A DNA stretch of 64,000 nt from Octopus vulgaris (taxonomy: Eukaryota): positions 16,864,001 through 16,928,000 of the forward strand of contig OX597834.1 in NCBI GenBank assembly GCA_951406725.2, given 5' to 3'. The first letter of the stretch is position 1. Every line of letters starts with the position of its first letter. Below are positions 1 through 12,659 of this stretch, piece after piece. The notes beneath the pieces were generated by a model. The model did not search any database, was not told the DNA's origin, and saw nothing but the letters and a program-made list of their open reading frames with translations. A program made the translations under genes and the position numbers.

Positions 1-609
1 TGGTAACAGAGAAGGGAGGGAGGGCAGGTAGGTAGGTGTTTCTTCCTTTATAGACATTCATATGTGCATTTTGTGTCTTGTGTATCTGATTATAAATACA
101 AAGAAAATAAGAATGAAAAAAAATTTCACTCTGAAAATCCTGTTTTTTAGGATTTTCTTTTTAAAGTCTATTTGTGTGCACAGGAAGATCCTTAGAGATA
201 TTAGATAATTTTTGTTACTCTTTCTGTAAGTTATCAGGTTAGTGCCATGAGTGAACTGCAACTGAAATATGCAATTTATATGTGTAATGTGTACACTCTA
301 TCAAGCCATTAGCTTGCTGCAGATCACACCACAAAGTCAGAGCATCATCTCAAAGACAACAAACACAGATATATATATATATATGTACAATGGGCTTCTG
401 TCTGCCAAGTCCACTCACATGGCTTCAGTTGGCCTAAAGCTATGGTAGAAGACACTTACTCAAGGTGCCACACATTGAACCTGGAGCCATGTGGTTGGGA
501 AGCAAACTTCTTACCACACAGAATACTTTTCAAATGGTGTAGATTAAAATCGTATTGCAAAATGCATGAGGAAAAAATAAAAGACTACATGGGTGTGCAT
601 TGATACATA

Positions 610-1071
610 TTTATTTCTTTACTACCCACAAGGGGCTAAACACAGAGAGGACAAACAAGGACAGACAAACGGATTCAGTCCATTACATCGACCCCAGTGC
701 ATAACTGGTACTTAATTTATCGACCCGAGAAGGATGAAAGGCAAAGTCGACCTCGGCGGAATTTGAACTCAGAACGTAACGGCAGACGAAATACAGCTAA
801 GCATTTCGCCTGGGGTGCTAACGTTTCTGCCAGCTCGCCGCCTTAATAAATATATATTTCTTTATTGCCCACAAGGGGCTAAACACGGAGAGGACAAACG
901 GATTCAGTCCATTACATCGACCCCACGTTAACTGGTACTTAATTTATCGACCCCGAAAGGATGAAAGGCAAAGTCGACCTTGGCGGGATTTGAACTCAGA
1001 ACGTAACGGCAGACGAACTACAGCTAAGCATTTCGCCCGGGGTGCTAACGTTTCTGCCAGCTTGCCGCCTT
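610..1071 (-). mobile_element. Two tandem copies of tRNA-derived SINE family B
   Basis: Minus strand reads GGCGGCGAGCTGGCAGAAACG (A box), GAGTTCAAATTCC (B box), GCCTTTCATCCTT(T)CGGG(G)TCGATAAATTAAGTACCAG (Meta-domain-like core) and a GTAAAGAAAT tail; many other copies in window. Confidence 0.85.
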
Positions 1072-3099
1072 GATACATACTGACATACATCACAACTGTC
1101 TTCAACATTTCAAGTTTCATTTTGTATCAATATTAGTGATATCTGTTACTATGCATGTGTGCATGCCCACTTCCCCCCCCACACACACACACACACACAT
1201 TAAATTCCAATATAATCATAATTTACACTAAAGTGAACTAGTAGAAAATTTCATTGAAAAATCCGTATTTTTACAAAAGCTATAAAGAAAGAAATTCTGG
1301 GGGAAGGGGACACGTACATGACAGTCACGAACCTTTCTTCTAGCCAAGTGATTTTTGATGCTACAGTCCCCTACTATAATGAGGCACTAGCTGCTAGCTA
1401 TATGCCAGGCCCTAACACCTACAGAAGGAAGAATGGCAGAAATATAATTTTGTTTGCCCCGCTCCTCCGTCAACATAGAAATGTGTGTAGTTAGGATATT
1501 CCTTAGGGTAGCAGATATGGACATATTCATACGGCACAGAATGTTTTTACCTCAATAGACGTCATTGATTGGTTGAAATTGAAGAAGAAAAACAACAAAT
1601 ATCTTACAAACTATAGAATTTTCTCAATAAAGCCAAGAGAAAAAGATGTTTTATAAACACATTCTACCAGTATACAAAGTTTAAAATTTCTTAGTTACCT
1701 AGAAATTATGTTTAAAAACTGCCATTCAAACTGAAAACATCTGTTATCAGTGAAGTATAGAGTTCGCATGAGACTCGTTGACGTAATTTTAATAACACAT
1801 CTACATGTTCATGTAGGTAGGGATACATATTCAACAGACACAACCGAAGGGTTTCTTGTAGCTGCGCCCCTAATATTAAGAACATTCAAGGCCATGAACG
1901 GAGGTGGGATGCTCGTTCAGGCACCACAACAGAAGCCCAGTGGGAGGTCATTGTGAAACCAAGGGAGTCATCTATGAAGCTGAGGTGGTAGGAGCGACAG
2001 CCATGGCTTTTTTCAATGACTACTACACTAGCAGGAATGGCAGTATCGATAACAACCTGTACAGAAATAGCAGCAGCACCATTGCCAATGATAACAACAA
2101 CAGTGACAACATCAGCCACTGCGATAGCACCAATAACAGCACTGCGGACTCGCGGTTTCGATTCCCAGACCGGGCGTTGTGAGTATTTATTGAGCGAAAA
2201 CACCTAAACTCCACGAGGCTACGGCGGCGGGGGTTGAACCCCGCTGTACTCTTTCACCACAACTTTCTCTCACTCTTTCTTCCTACTTCTGCCACAAAGC
2301 AGAGGAACCATGGTGTAACCCAATACGGTGTGGTAAACTTTCAGACCCTAGTCTAGATTGCGAATCCTCTGTACCCCAGGATGGTTCAGTTCTCCACCCG
2401 TTAAAAGCTATCCTTTACGATTTATGGAATGAGGATAACAACGTAGCTTTCGCGCCCGTGCAACCGCCAGTCTATCGCGTGCGGTGGGTGAATCTTCAAG
2501 TTGCCGCACGCATTCTTCGTAGCTTAGGCTCGAATTAGAGATTATTCTCTGTGGCTAATGGCGTGAGTCTTGATTGGAAGAAGAAGACAACAGCACTGCC
2601 ACCGATGATGTCCCCTACCCCAGGATTGACAGCATCAGCACCAATACCAACATTAGCTTCAGCATCAACAAAAAGTGTTGCCAACACCCGTACACAGAGA
2701 TACACCTTCATGCAGTATTTTTCCAACCATAGATCCTCATTCAAGATCCCAGAGAGGAGATACGCTACGTCATTAGCCATCCATTTTTGGCAATTGAAAA
2801 TGAAGAAACTCTACACGTAATACGGAAGATCCTAGAAAATCCAGGCCACTACATCAATGGGATCAAACGTTGTAAGCTGTGCATAGCCGAACAGACGAGG
2901 ATATTAAAAGACTCCCTCGACCCATGGAACATCCTTAACTCCTGGACAGAAGTTTATGAACCCTGCTTGCACTTCAGGAAATTCCTTCTAACATCCTCGG
3001 ACCTACAAACCAACAGGTTCAATTACGGATCGCGGTCAAAGGGAAACAATCCCTCGTAGTTGAAATAACGAAGTCTTTTCCTCCCCCATTTTCAAGAGA

Positions 3100-3297
3100 T
3101 ATATATTTCTTCATTGCCCACAAGGGGCTAAACACAGAGAGGACAGACAAACGGATTAAGTCGATTATATCGATCCCAGTGCGTAACTGGTACTTATTTA
3201 ATCGACCCCGAAAGGATGAAAGGCAAAGTCGACCACGGGGGAATTTGAACTCAGAACGTAACGGCAGACGAAATACGGCCACGCATTTCGCCCGGCA
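3100..3297 (-). mobile_element. SINE family B, 5'-truncated, between two ~75-bp copies of Penelope 3' sequence
   Basis: SINE B core; AG(G/A)TTCAATTA(C/T)GGATCGCGGTCAAAGGGA...CCCCCATTTTC at ~3015-3092 and ~3297-3374. Confidence 0.8.
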
Positions 3298-3381
3298 GAT
3301 TCAATTATGGATCGCGGTCAAAGGGAGACAATCCCTTGTAGTTGACATAACGAAGTCTTTTCCCCCCCATTTTCCCATTTT

Positions 3382-3442
3382 AGGGTCTGAAGAAATATTG
3401 TAAAGCTTACCGCTTTATGGACGTGAAACCCTGCGTAACCCC
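3382..3442 (+). ncRNA. Degenerate type I hammerhead-ribozyme-like motif
   Basis: GGGT-CTGAAGA-[TAAAGC-ttacc-GCTTTA hairpin]-GAAAC-cctgc-GTA-ACCC at the 3' end of the Penelope fossil. Confidence 0.5.
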
Positions 3443-3583
3443 ACAGACCGACGATATCTATATACCCTGCTGCTCTATAACTTAGAATGTGCTTCTTTTC
3501 CGGATTTATGATTTACCGACGATATATATATATATAAGCCACACACACACATATACATGTATGTGTGTTTTGTTTATATAACA

Positions 3584-5769
3584 CTAGCAGTATCGCCCGG
3601 CGTTGCTCGGGTTTGTAAGGGAAATAACTATATAAGCATTTTTAGAGAGTTATAGCAAAAAAATGCATTAAAAATGGAAAAAAAATTATGGTAATTTTTT
3701 TTTTAATCGTTGACTCATCGTAGACATTTTTAGAGAGTTACTTCCCTTATATAATAGCGAAAAAATGATGGTAATTTTTTTTTTAAATCGTAGACTCATC
3801 GTAGACGCGCGCTAATACCCAGAAGGGCTCGATATGAATCACGACTATTATAAGATACCCGGTTTTGGTTAAACTGCACCGCAAAATGTGGGAGTAGTTA
3901 GGAATCTAAATCGTAGGAGACAGACACTCACACAACCTTACTTTTATATATAAAGATTTGTGCAACAACTAAAACATTCGGTTGTGCAAATTGTTTGCAC
4001 AGGAAACCTGCCCTGTGTGGGGGGTTTTGCCGTTTTTGTGGATCTGTTTCAGCTTTTTTAGCGATTTCTGTTTTGGCGACTTCAAGCCATGAAGTCTAAA
4101 AGAATGCTGGTCTCCTTGACAACGCTTTACGACGTTGATTTCCCTACCCTGCCTTCCCCACAGCTTCACGAGGGAGGGAAGAAGGGGAGGAGCTACACAG
4201 GTGCAGGTGCGAGCATGAACGCCAACGCCGCCGCCGACACACGAAAAAATTGTAAGAACCCAGACGACAGCTTCAGCCACCCACCACCACCACGACCAAC
4301 ACCATCACCACTACAACCACTACGCCCATGACCATCACCACCACCATCACGAAGACCACCACGACCACAACCACCACCACCACCAACAATAACACCACCA
4401 CCACCACAAACACGACGACCACCACGACCACCATCACCACTACCAGCACCACCGCCACCACCGCTGCCACTACCACCGCCTCCACCACCACCATACTATT
4501 ACCTCTGCTCTCCTTTTCGCTACTAAATCCATTACCATATTTCACAAGTACCATCGCCATACAATATTGCCTTCAAAAGTTTGTGCTTGGATAATATTTT
4601 TTAAGTAAAAGTTGTGCAACGACTAAAACATTCGGTTGTGCAAATTATTTGCACGGGAAACCTTCCCTGTGTGACGTGTTTCCCGATTTTGTAGAATTTG
4701 CTTTCGGGCTTTCTTAGCCATTTCTGTTTTGGTGTCTTCAAGCCATGAAGTCGTTGTTCTAAAAGAACGCTGGTCTCCTTGACAACGCTTTACGACGTTG
4801 ATTTCCCTACCCTGCCTTCCCCACAGCTTCACGAGGGAGGGAAGAAGGGGAGGAGCTACACAGGTGCAGGTGCAAGCATGAACGCCAACGCCGCCACCGA
4901 CACACGAAAAAATTGTAAGAACCCAGACGACAGCTTCAGCCACCCACCACCACCACGACCAACACCATCACCACTACAACCACTACGCCCATGACCATCA
5001 CCACCACCATCACGAAGACCACCACGACCACAACCACCACCACCAACAATAACACCACCACCACCACAAACACGACGTCCACCACGACCACCATCACCAC
5101 TACCAGCACCACCGCCACCACCGCTGCCACTACCACCGCCTCCACCACCACCATACTATTACCTCTGCTCTCTCCTTTTCGCTACTAAATCCATTACCAT
5201 ATTTCACAAGTACCATCGCCATACAATATTGCCTTCAAAAGTTTGTGTTTGGATAATATTTTTTAAGTAAAAGTTGTGCAACGACTAAAACATTCGGTTG
5301 TGCAAATTATTTGCACGGGAAACCTTCCCTGTGTGACGTGTTTCCCGATTTTGTAGAATTTGCTTTCGGGCTTTCTTAGCCATTTCTGTTTTGGTGTCTT
5401 CAAGCCATGAAGTCGTTGTTCTAAAAGAACGCCGGTCTCCTTGACAACGCTTTACGACGTTGATTTCCTTAAACTCCCTTCCCCACAGCTTCACGAGGGA
5501 GGGAAGAAGGGGGAGAAGCAACACAGGTGCAGGTGTGAGCCCTTTATTTAAAAAATATGCGTTAAAATGGAAAACAATTATGGTAAATTATTTTTAAAAT
5601 CGTAGACTCATCGTAGACGCGCGCTAATACCCAGACGGGCTCGATATGAATCACGACTATTATAAGATACCTGAAATTTGATTAAACTGCACCGCAAAAT
5701 GTGGGAGTAGTTAGGAATCTAAATCGTAGGAGACAGACACTCACACAACTTCACTTTTATATATATAGA
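3584..5769 (-). mobile_element. Composite non-autonomous Helitron (two 5' ends, one 3' end) with internal ~660-bp tandem repeat
   Basis: 5' A|TC(T/TT)ATATATAAAAG ends at 5769 and 3956; 3' hairpin CCCGAGCAACGCCGGG then CTAG|T at 3587-3584; AT insertion site, no TSD. Confidence 0.8.
3958..5540. repeat. ~2.4 tandem copies of a 654-662-bp unit with a CAC/ACC-rich block
   Basis: Unit start TTGTGCAAC(A/G)ACTAAAACATTCGG at ~3958, ~4612, ~5274; near-identical copies. Confidence 0.9.
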
Positions 5770-6182
5770 TATATACACACACACACGTGTATATTCCACG
5801 TGTAATAATATCCATCATACGATGTTTTGATATATGGAGTAACTTTACATTAAAAAATGGAACGTACAAATTCCAGTAATTTGGACCGATTTATGATCCT
5901 AGCAGACAAAATGCATCCTGGGGGATGGTGAGGGAGATTGCGTTGCAACAGCCACTTCGATTCACGGCGCTCGCACTTCGGAGGGTCATCTCTCCTGCCA
6001 CAGGCCTTACCATGGACCTGGCAGGGAGCGACCGATACTTTGACAGTTTGCTTTTCTTAGCCCGACGAACAATGGAAACTGGACTAGTAGCTGAACATAG
6101 AAAGTTGCTGCTTGTGTCACAGCAAGTGGAATCCCAGATGAGGCGACCTACCGTCACGGAACGGGAAAAACTGTTATACCAA

Positions 6183-7085
6183 TTTCTTTACTACCCACAA
6201 GGGGCGAAACGCAGAGAGGACAAACAAGGACAGATAAACGGATTAAAGTCGATTATATCGATCCCAGTGCGTAACTGGTACTTATTTAATCGACCCCCGA
6301 AAGGATGAAAGGCAAAGTCGACCTCGGCGGAATTTGATCTCAGAACGTGGCGATTACACGAAATATGTATTTCTTTATTACCCACAAGGGGCTAAACATA
6401 CAGTGGACAAACAAGGACAGACATATGTATTAAGTCGATTACATCGATTCCAGTGCGTAACTGCTACTTAATTTATCGATCCCGAAAGGATGAAAAGCAA
6501 AGTCGACCACGGCGGAATTTGAACACAGAACGTAACGGCAGACGAAAGACGGCTACGCATTTCGCCCGGCAGGTTCAATTACGAATCGTGGTCAAAGGGA
6601 GACAATCGCTTGTAGTTGACATAACGAAGTCTTTTCCTCAACATTTTCTAGAGATACCTATTTCTTTACTACACACAAGGGGCTAAACACAGAGGGGACA
6701 AACAAGGACAGACAAATGGATTAAGTCGATTATATTGACCTCAGTGCGTAACTTGTACTTATTTAATCGACCCCGAAAGGATAAAAGGCAAAGTCGACCA
6801 CGGCGGAATTTGAACTTAGAACGTAACGGCAGACGAAATACCTATTTCTTTATTACCTACAAGGGACTAAACAAGGACAGACACGGGTATTAAGTCGATT
6901 ACATCGACCTCAGTGCGAAATTGGTACTTTATTTATCGACCCCGAAAGGATGAAAGGCAAAGTCGACCTCGGCGGAATTTGAACTTAGAACGTAACGGCA
7001 GACGAAAGACGGCTATGAATTTCGCCCGGCAGGTTCGATAACGGATCGTGGTCAAAGGGAGACAATCGCATTTCGCCCGGCGTGC
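6183..7085 (-). repeat. Head-to-tail array of four truncated SINE B copies with Penelope pseudo-LTR pieces
   Basis: SINE B units at ~6183, 6365, 6655, 6841; AGGTTC(A/G)AT(T/A)ACG(G/A)ATCGTGGTCAAAGGGAGACAATC at ~6571 and ~7031. Confidence 0.8.
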
Positions 7086-7139
7086 TACAGAGAGGACTTT
7101 CTCTGTGACTCGAGTCTAAAGACGAGAAAATGAAAGCTT

Positions 7140-7345
7140 CCCCTGACATTTCACACTGCGCATGTGCAACGGGACGTCGATTTCCGCCACTGTCTTGGAA
7201 CCACTTTTCCAAAACAAGTCTTTTTATTTCGAAAGAAATCATAATTTACTGACAGAAAAGTCCTCATATTTATCCAGTATATTATAGTACATATATATGA
7301 CTACAATCACTGACTTCTTAGTAATCACTGTGATTAATTCGAGGT
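7140..7345 (+). promoter_or_regulatory. Candidate promoter and first non-coding exon of ZNF gene 1
   Basis: Homologous to 15350-15490 upstream of ZNF gene 2; TGCGCATGTGCA (NRF1-like) at 7157-7168; candidate donor GAG|GTAATT at 7344. Confidence 0.45.
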
Positions 7346-7599
7346 AATTTCTAAGTGTTTTTCTCTTCATCTTCATTAATATAACTTTTGGTGAATTTGA
7401 CGAATTACGGCGTAAATTCGAAGATATTGGGTCTGGTGGATAATTTTTGACGACTCCTACATTATTACTTCGTTCAATTAATACTTTTTCTTTCTTCTTA
7501 AGCCTGTCTTTACCTAAATGGGGTTTATTTCTCTTCCGTAGTGCACATTCTTTGACAATGGAAGTATTGTTAATTCTTAAATTAATAATAATAAAAACA

Positions 7600-7790
7600 T
7601 TGTGTACAGTGCTCGGGTGCACTACAACTCATCTAAAGTGTATATATAATCAGGTGTAGTTTCGGCGGATTTCGGAAAGCATGAGGGCCTTAAAGGATGC
7701 AGTGTCATGGCAGTCAACAACTGATGCAGGCAGTTTATTCCATGCTTCAGCAACTCTGAGCGTGAAAAAATGTTTCCGAAAGTCATGGAA
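7600..7790 (-). mobile_element. 3' end of CR1-type LINE
   Basis: Matches the 3' end of the element at 22105-22830 (FRKHFFTLRVAEAWNKLPASVV). Confidence 0.7.
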
Positions 7791-8271
7791 ACATTTAACT
7801 GCGAAACATTGTTACATCGTCAGATTGCGTCGCTAATTTCGTTTCGAAACGAGCACGAAATATTGTTTAGTTAAAGAGAAAATTTCGATTTGAAAACACC
7901 TGTGTTAGGGGAATAAAAAATACATTATAGTAAGTTATATTTGTTTAATGAAAAAAATAACGTTAAAGAAAACAAATGAAGATGGAATAAGGTATAGGAT
8001 TTAGGGGAAATAACGGATCTTGTATGTCTGCAACGACGTTCTGCTCTGAAATAACCCGAAGTTAAACAGTAATCGACCGACAACGAAGGACCTCCCTGGA
8101 AAGAAGGCTCCGTCTCCACTATTCTATGGTTTAACATAAATAATCTGATAGGGTTACGGTTAGCTGTGAAGTATAGAGTTCGCATGAGACTCTTTGATGT
8201 AATTTTAATAACAAATCTAAAGTTCAAATGTCGACATCAATCTTTATGTTTGCATTTTACATTTAAAGTTT

Positions 8272-8670
8272 CGGCTGTGTGGTAAGTAGCTTGTTTACCA
8301 ACCACATGGTTCCGGGTTCAGTCCCACTGTGTGGCACCTTGGGCAAGTGTCTTCTACTATAGCCTCGAGCCGACCAAAGCCTTGTGAGTGGATTTGGGAG
8401 ACGGAAACTGAAAGAAGCCCGTCGTATATATGTATATATGTGTGTGCGTGTATGTTTGGTTGTCTGTGTTTGTCCCCCTAGCATTGCTTGACAACCGATA
8501 CTGGTATGTTTATGTCCCTGTCACTTAGCGGTTCGGCAAAAGAGACCAATAGAATAAGTACTGGGCTTACAAAGAATAAGTCCCGGGGTCGAGTTGCTCG
8601 ACTAAAGGCGGTGCTCCAGCATGGCCGGAGTCAACTGACTGAAACAAGTAAAAGAGTATAAAAAAGAGTA
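8272..8670 (+). mobile_element. tRNA-derived SINE family A
   Basis: GGCTGTGTGGTAAG (A box), GGTTCAGTCCC (B box), central (TA/TG)n, tail GAAACAAGTAAAAGAGTA; more than 15 copies or fragments in window. Confidence 0.85.
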
Positions 8671-8702
8671 ACATAAAAACGTGGTAAATTTTCCATCGTT
8701 AA

Positions 8703-8990
8703 TTCTCATCATCATGTTCGACCATGGTCGAGACAATGGAATTTACCATGCTACGCCAGACTTCACGGTCCATCATAGCATTACGGAGGTCCTGTTGCTG
8801 GATGCCTGTATCCCTGGAGATTACATCAGGGTAGGAGAGTGTGCACCCTCTGGTATCGCGAGTAGATGGCTTCCAGAGGAGAAGAGTAGAAATTGCTTCG
8901 TTTTCAGCTCTACATCAATGTCCAGCAAACTGGACTCTCCTACCTTTCACAAAAGATGACACAGGTGGTAGTTTCCCATATATTTGTATG
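8703..8990 (-). mobile_element. 5'-truncated RTE/Proto2-like LINE 3' end with 11-bp target-site duplication
   Basis: TSD TCCATCGTTAA at 8692-8702 and 8991-9001; minus strand YGKLPPVSSFVKGRRVQFAGH*...LLLWKP...SRDTG...AMMDREVWR; (GAT)n tail; absent from paralogous intron at ~18480. Confidence 0.75.
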
Positions 8991-9088
8991 TCCATCGTTA
9001 AACCAATTTTTAAGCATCCCCACTATCTTACACCGTTTCTCTATTCTTTCAGAAATATCAAAGACGAAGTTGTCAGAGGAGAATAATT

Positions 9089-10279
9089 ATGGAAAACGAA
9101 CTCTGTGAGAAACCAGTTCGAATTAAAACAGAGTTTGAAAGCCCTGGTTTTCCCGATGAGATGTTGAAAGAGATAAAAGACACATCATACTCCTGTGATG
9201 TTTGTAGTAAATTGTTTTCTGAAAGTGGTCACTTAGATATTCACAAATGTGTTCATACAGGCGAGAAACCACACCACTGTGATATCTGTGGTAAATCATT
9301 CTCTTGCAAAAGTCAGCTACTTAGGCACGAACGTATCCATACACAAGAGACAGCATTTCACTGTGATGTTTGTGGTAAAACATTTTCTAAAAGCCATACA
9401 TTGAATACTCACAAATGTATTCGCTCAGAACAGAAGCTACACCAATGTGATATCTGTGATAAATTCTTTTCTAAAAGTGGTAACTTGAATTCTCACAAAC
9501 GTATTCATACAGGAGAGAAACCATATCATTGTGACATTTGTGGTAAATCATTTACTACAAGTGGTGCCTTGAGCACTCACAGACTTATTCATACAGGAAG
9601 GAAACCATACCGCTGTGAAACTTGTGGTAAATCATTCTCTGTTCCAAGTAAACTAACAAGACACGTATATATTCATACTGGAGAAAAACCATATTGCTGT
9701 GATTTCTGTGGCAAATCATTCTCTCAGAACGTTGACTTGAGCAAGCACATACGGGTTCACACAGGGGAAAAGCCATATCACTGCGATATCTGTGGTAAAT
9801 CTTGCTCTACAAGCAGTGACTTGATTAAACATAAGCGTGTTCATACAGAAGAAAAACCATTTCTCTGTGATATCTGTGGTAAATCCTATTCTTTAAGCAG
9901 TCATTTAAATACTCACAAACGTATTCATTCAGGAGAGACACTATTTCACTGTGATGTCTGTGGCAAATCATTTTCTAGAGGTGGGATCTTAAATGCTCAC
10001 AAACGTATTCATACAGGTGAGAAGCCGTATCATTGTGATGTCTGTGATAGATCATTTTCTACGAGTAGTTCCTTAAATGCTCACAAACGTTTTCATACAG
10101 GTGAAAAACCATATCACTGTGATATTTGTGGTAAATCATTCTCTGAAAATAGTAACTTAAATGCTCACAAACGTATTCATACAGGAGAGAAACCATATAA
10201 TTGTGATATCTGTGGTAAATCATTCTCTCACAGAAGTGCTTTTAACAATCACAAACATATTCATATTGCAGAAAAGTAG
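9089..10279 (+). CDS. Tandem C2H2 zinc-finger protein, 396 aa, 13 finger repeats (third lacks final His), no KRAB/SCAN/BTB
   Basis: Repeated CxxC-x12-HxxxH with TGEKP linkers; single coding exon after acceptor TTCTTTCAG at 9052. Confidence 0.93.
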   Translation: MENELCEKPVRIKTEFESPGFPDEMLKEIKDTSYSCDVCSKLFSESGHLDIHKCVHTGEKPHHCDICGKSFSCKSQLLRHERIHTQETAFHCDVCGKTFSKSHTLNTHKCIRSEQKLHQCDICDKFFSKSGNLNSHKRIHTGEKPYHCDICGKSFTTSGALSTHRLIHTGRKPYRCETCGKSFSVPSKLTRHVYIHTGEKPYCCDFCGKSFSQNVDLSKHIRVHTGEKPYHCDICGKSCSTSSDLIKHKRVHTEEKPFLCDICGKSYSLSSHLNTHKRIHSGETLFHCDVCGKSFSRGGILNAHKRIHTGEKPYHCDVCDRSFSTSSSLNAHKRFHTGEKPYHCDICGKSFSENSNLNAHKRIHTGEKPYNCDICGKSFSHRSAFNNHKHIHIAEK

Positions 10280-10287
10280 TTTCTCTG

Positions 10288-10592
10288 ATCATCATCATCA
10301 TCGTTTAGCATCCGCTTTCCATGCTGGCATGGGTTGGACGGTTCAACTGGGGTCTGGGAAGCCTGAAGGCTGCACCAGGCCCAGTCTGATCTGGCAATGT
10401 TTCCCATGGCTGAATGCCCTTCCTAACACCAACCACTTCATGAATGTAGTGGGTGCTTTTTACGTGCCAGAAGAGGCTAGCAAACGTCCACGATCGGATG
10501 GTGCTTTTTACGTGCCACCGGCACCAAGGCCAGGCGAGGCTGGCAATGGCCACGATCGGATGGTTCTCTTATGTGCCACCGCCACTGGTATC
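10288..10592 (-). mobile_element. SINE family E ((GAT)n tail, internal GTGCCGGTGGCACGTAAAAAGCACC repeats)
   Basis: CCAACCCATGC(C/T)AGCATGGAAAGCGGA...GATGATG tail; further copies at ~14395, 14714, 21745, 27420, 30780, 36360, 40545, 42680, 44287, 57260. Confidence 0.8.
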
Positions 10593-11988
10593 ACAGTCTG
10601 TGACAAATCTTTCTCTTGCAATTTGCAGTTAAGTAGAGAGACACATCTTCACAGAGACGAGTAACCATTATCAACAAGATATTTTTGTCTACTCCTCTGG
10701 AAATGGGTGGCTTAATGTGATTCACACTTATCTATAGAGACGCCTGATATTTGAAGTAAGTCAGTTTCTGTAAATAGTGACTAAACAAGACAGAAAACAT
10801 TATGTGAGAAAGAAGCTAATATCACAGTGAAATCTGTGGATACAGGAGCAAACTAAAGTATTGTGATAATGGTATTGTAACATGTATTGCTCACGAATCC
10901 ATGGTGTGACCCTCATAAAGTGAGAATTGAGGAAAAGAGATGTCAAATCAAGGCCATGAATGCTTCCATAAATAAACGTTGCTTATTCTGTGTGCAATAC
11001 ATGCAACATGTATATTAACGTTATAGTTCAAACACTGCCTCAGACAACCTGATTTGAAAAGATCAACTTATGCATTTAATTGAAAAGAAGCCTTATTTCT
11101 CTGTCTCTCTTCCTCTCCTCTTTGCTTTTCTTTCTCTTTCTTATCCTTCCTATCTTTTTCGCTTTCTCCCTTTCTCCAAGAAACGAAATTTCGCCTCTTA
11201 TAAGCAAAAAACAAAACCCTCTTTTCGATTTATGTAAAAGGAGGAAGAATTTTTCTGTGCATTATCTTGAAGAGTTTGAACACCTGAAAGCGATAATAAA
11301 GAATTATTCAAAATTCTGCCTCCTTCTTCTTATACAATATCTGTACACCGCTTCAGATACTCTGTTTATATATGTATATAGAATACGAGGGGTTTAGTTC
11401 ACTTGTGATCTAAATGAATAGGTATGCTGTATAAGTGCTATAGTGGATCGACCATTAGGTTCCAAGATCACAGCTAAGGCTGGATCTAGGGATCCATGTT
11501 AGGGTTCTGTTATAGCATGTACATACTATATTAGAGAAAAAAATCAGAACCATGGCAGAATGAGTATCTCATTAAGTCATTTAATCCTTTCATTACTATA
11601 TTTATTTTGAGATGCTCTGTGTTTCTTTCAATTACTCTAAATATAACAAAGAATTCAATAAAATAACTTCGTTATCATTCAGCTAGTGTTAGGAACATAA
11701 CTTTTGAAGAGTAACTTGCAATTCATTGTAATTTTAGTATCGTACAAGGGGAGGCAACTCTTCTTTTCCACTCGGGCTGTTTTTTTTTTTTAATTCGGTT
11801 TTCAGTTCCAAACAGACCAAGACTATTTACCTCTATCAGTAAAGAGGCTATGTATCTCCAGCCACCATCTCTGAACAGAATTTTCTATATTGCCCAGTGC
11901 AATAGTAGACATGAAACAAATGGTAGCTTTCTGACTGGTTATATGCCATAACCAAGGATATATACTACCTTGAGTACACAAATGCATG

Positions 11989-12206
11989 TATGAGGGGGTA
12001 CTGAAAATTCCTGGCTTTAAGGGTATTATGAAAGGCCCGGTTAGAGGCCCAACCTTCCTGGTTGTTTTACAGGGCTTAGAAAAACTGAAGGACCGCTGCA
12101 ATAAGTGTAAATATGAGAGGAGAATATGATGAATAAAATTATAACCAACTGATCCGCTTGTATTTTCTTTTACCCAGAGCCAGGAACTTTTCAGCATTCC
12201 CTCGTA
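11989..12206. mobile_element. Tc1/mariner-type MITE
   Basis: TIRs TATGAGGGGGTACTGAAAATTCCTGGCT / AGCCAGGAACTTTTCAGCATTCCCTCGTA with TA ends; second copy at ~36932-37153. Confidence 0.7.
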
Positions 12207-12313
12207 AGTGTGTGAAAGGCTATGCTACTATGAGAGACTATTGAAGCAGGAGAATGGAAAGGAATTTTTCCTTTGTGAACCCAAAAGAGGGACCATCTAT
12301 CCTACATGAGAGT

Positions 12314-12653
12314 CGGAGACCCCCTTCGGTCACGACACAGACCATGGGATTGCACCTAGAAAGTTACCCTCCTAGACACAAGTCCGGGCGAGGTTGTTTA
12401 TGGAAGACCAGCAGTTGCCCATGCATACCAGCCTCCCCTCTCCATGCCACCAGTGTTATCCAAGGGAAAGACAAAGGTCGATACAGCTAGGCACCTGTGA
12501 CGTCGCAACTCATTTCTACAGCTGAATGAACTGGAGCAACGTGAAATAAAGTGTCTTGCTCAGAAACACAACACGCAGCCCGGTCCGGGATTCGAGCTCA
12601 CAACCTCACGATCGTAAGCTCGACACTCTAACCACTGAGCCATGCGCCTTCAC
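12314..12653 (-). mobile_element. tRNA-derived SINE family D, full length with TSD
   Basis: Head GTGAAGGCGCATGGCTCAGTGGTTAGAG...GAGCTCGAATCCCG; TSD ACATGAGAGT at 12304-12313 and 12652-12661; copies at ~15028-15290, 23636-23971, 27078-27381. Confidence 0.85.
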
Positions 12654-12659
12654 ATGAGA

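Larger units (their letters stand above)
1310..3520 (+). mobile_element. Fragmented Penelope-like retroelement (linker, GIY-YIG endonuclease, 3' pseudo-LTR) interrupted by insertions
   Basis: Pieces in Penelope order: LSSSQVIFDATVPYYNEAL (~1332-1390), YIFNRHNRRVSCSCAPNI (~1824-1877), PVGGHCETKGVIYEAEVV (~1937-1990), FSNHRSSFKIPERRYATSLAIHFWQLK and KRCKLCIAE...NILNSWTEVYEPCLHFRKFLL (~2720-2990); hammerhead-like motif at 3382-3442. Confidence 0.75.

Noticed and set aside
4273-5188. Poly-Thr and poly-Val ORFs resembling mucin or membrane proteins
   Set aside because: Translations of a CAC/ACC-rich block in a Helitron internal repeat
12570-12653. tRNA gene (also 32650-32729 and SINE A/B heads)
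   Set aside because: A/B boxes continue into SINE bodies with TSDs; these are SINE heads, not stand-alone tRNAs
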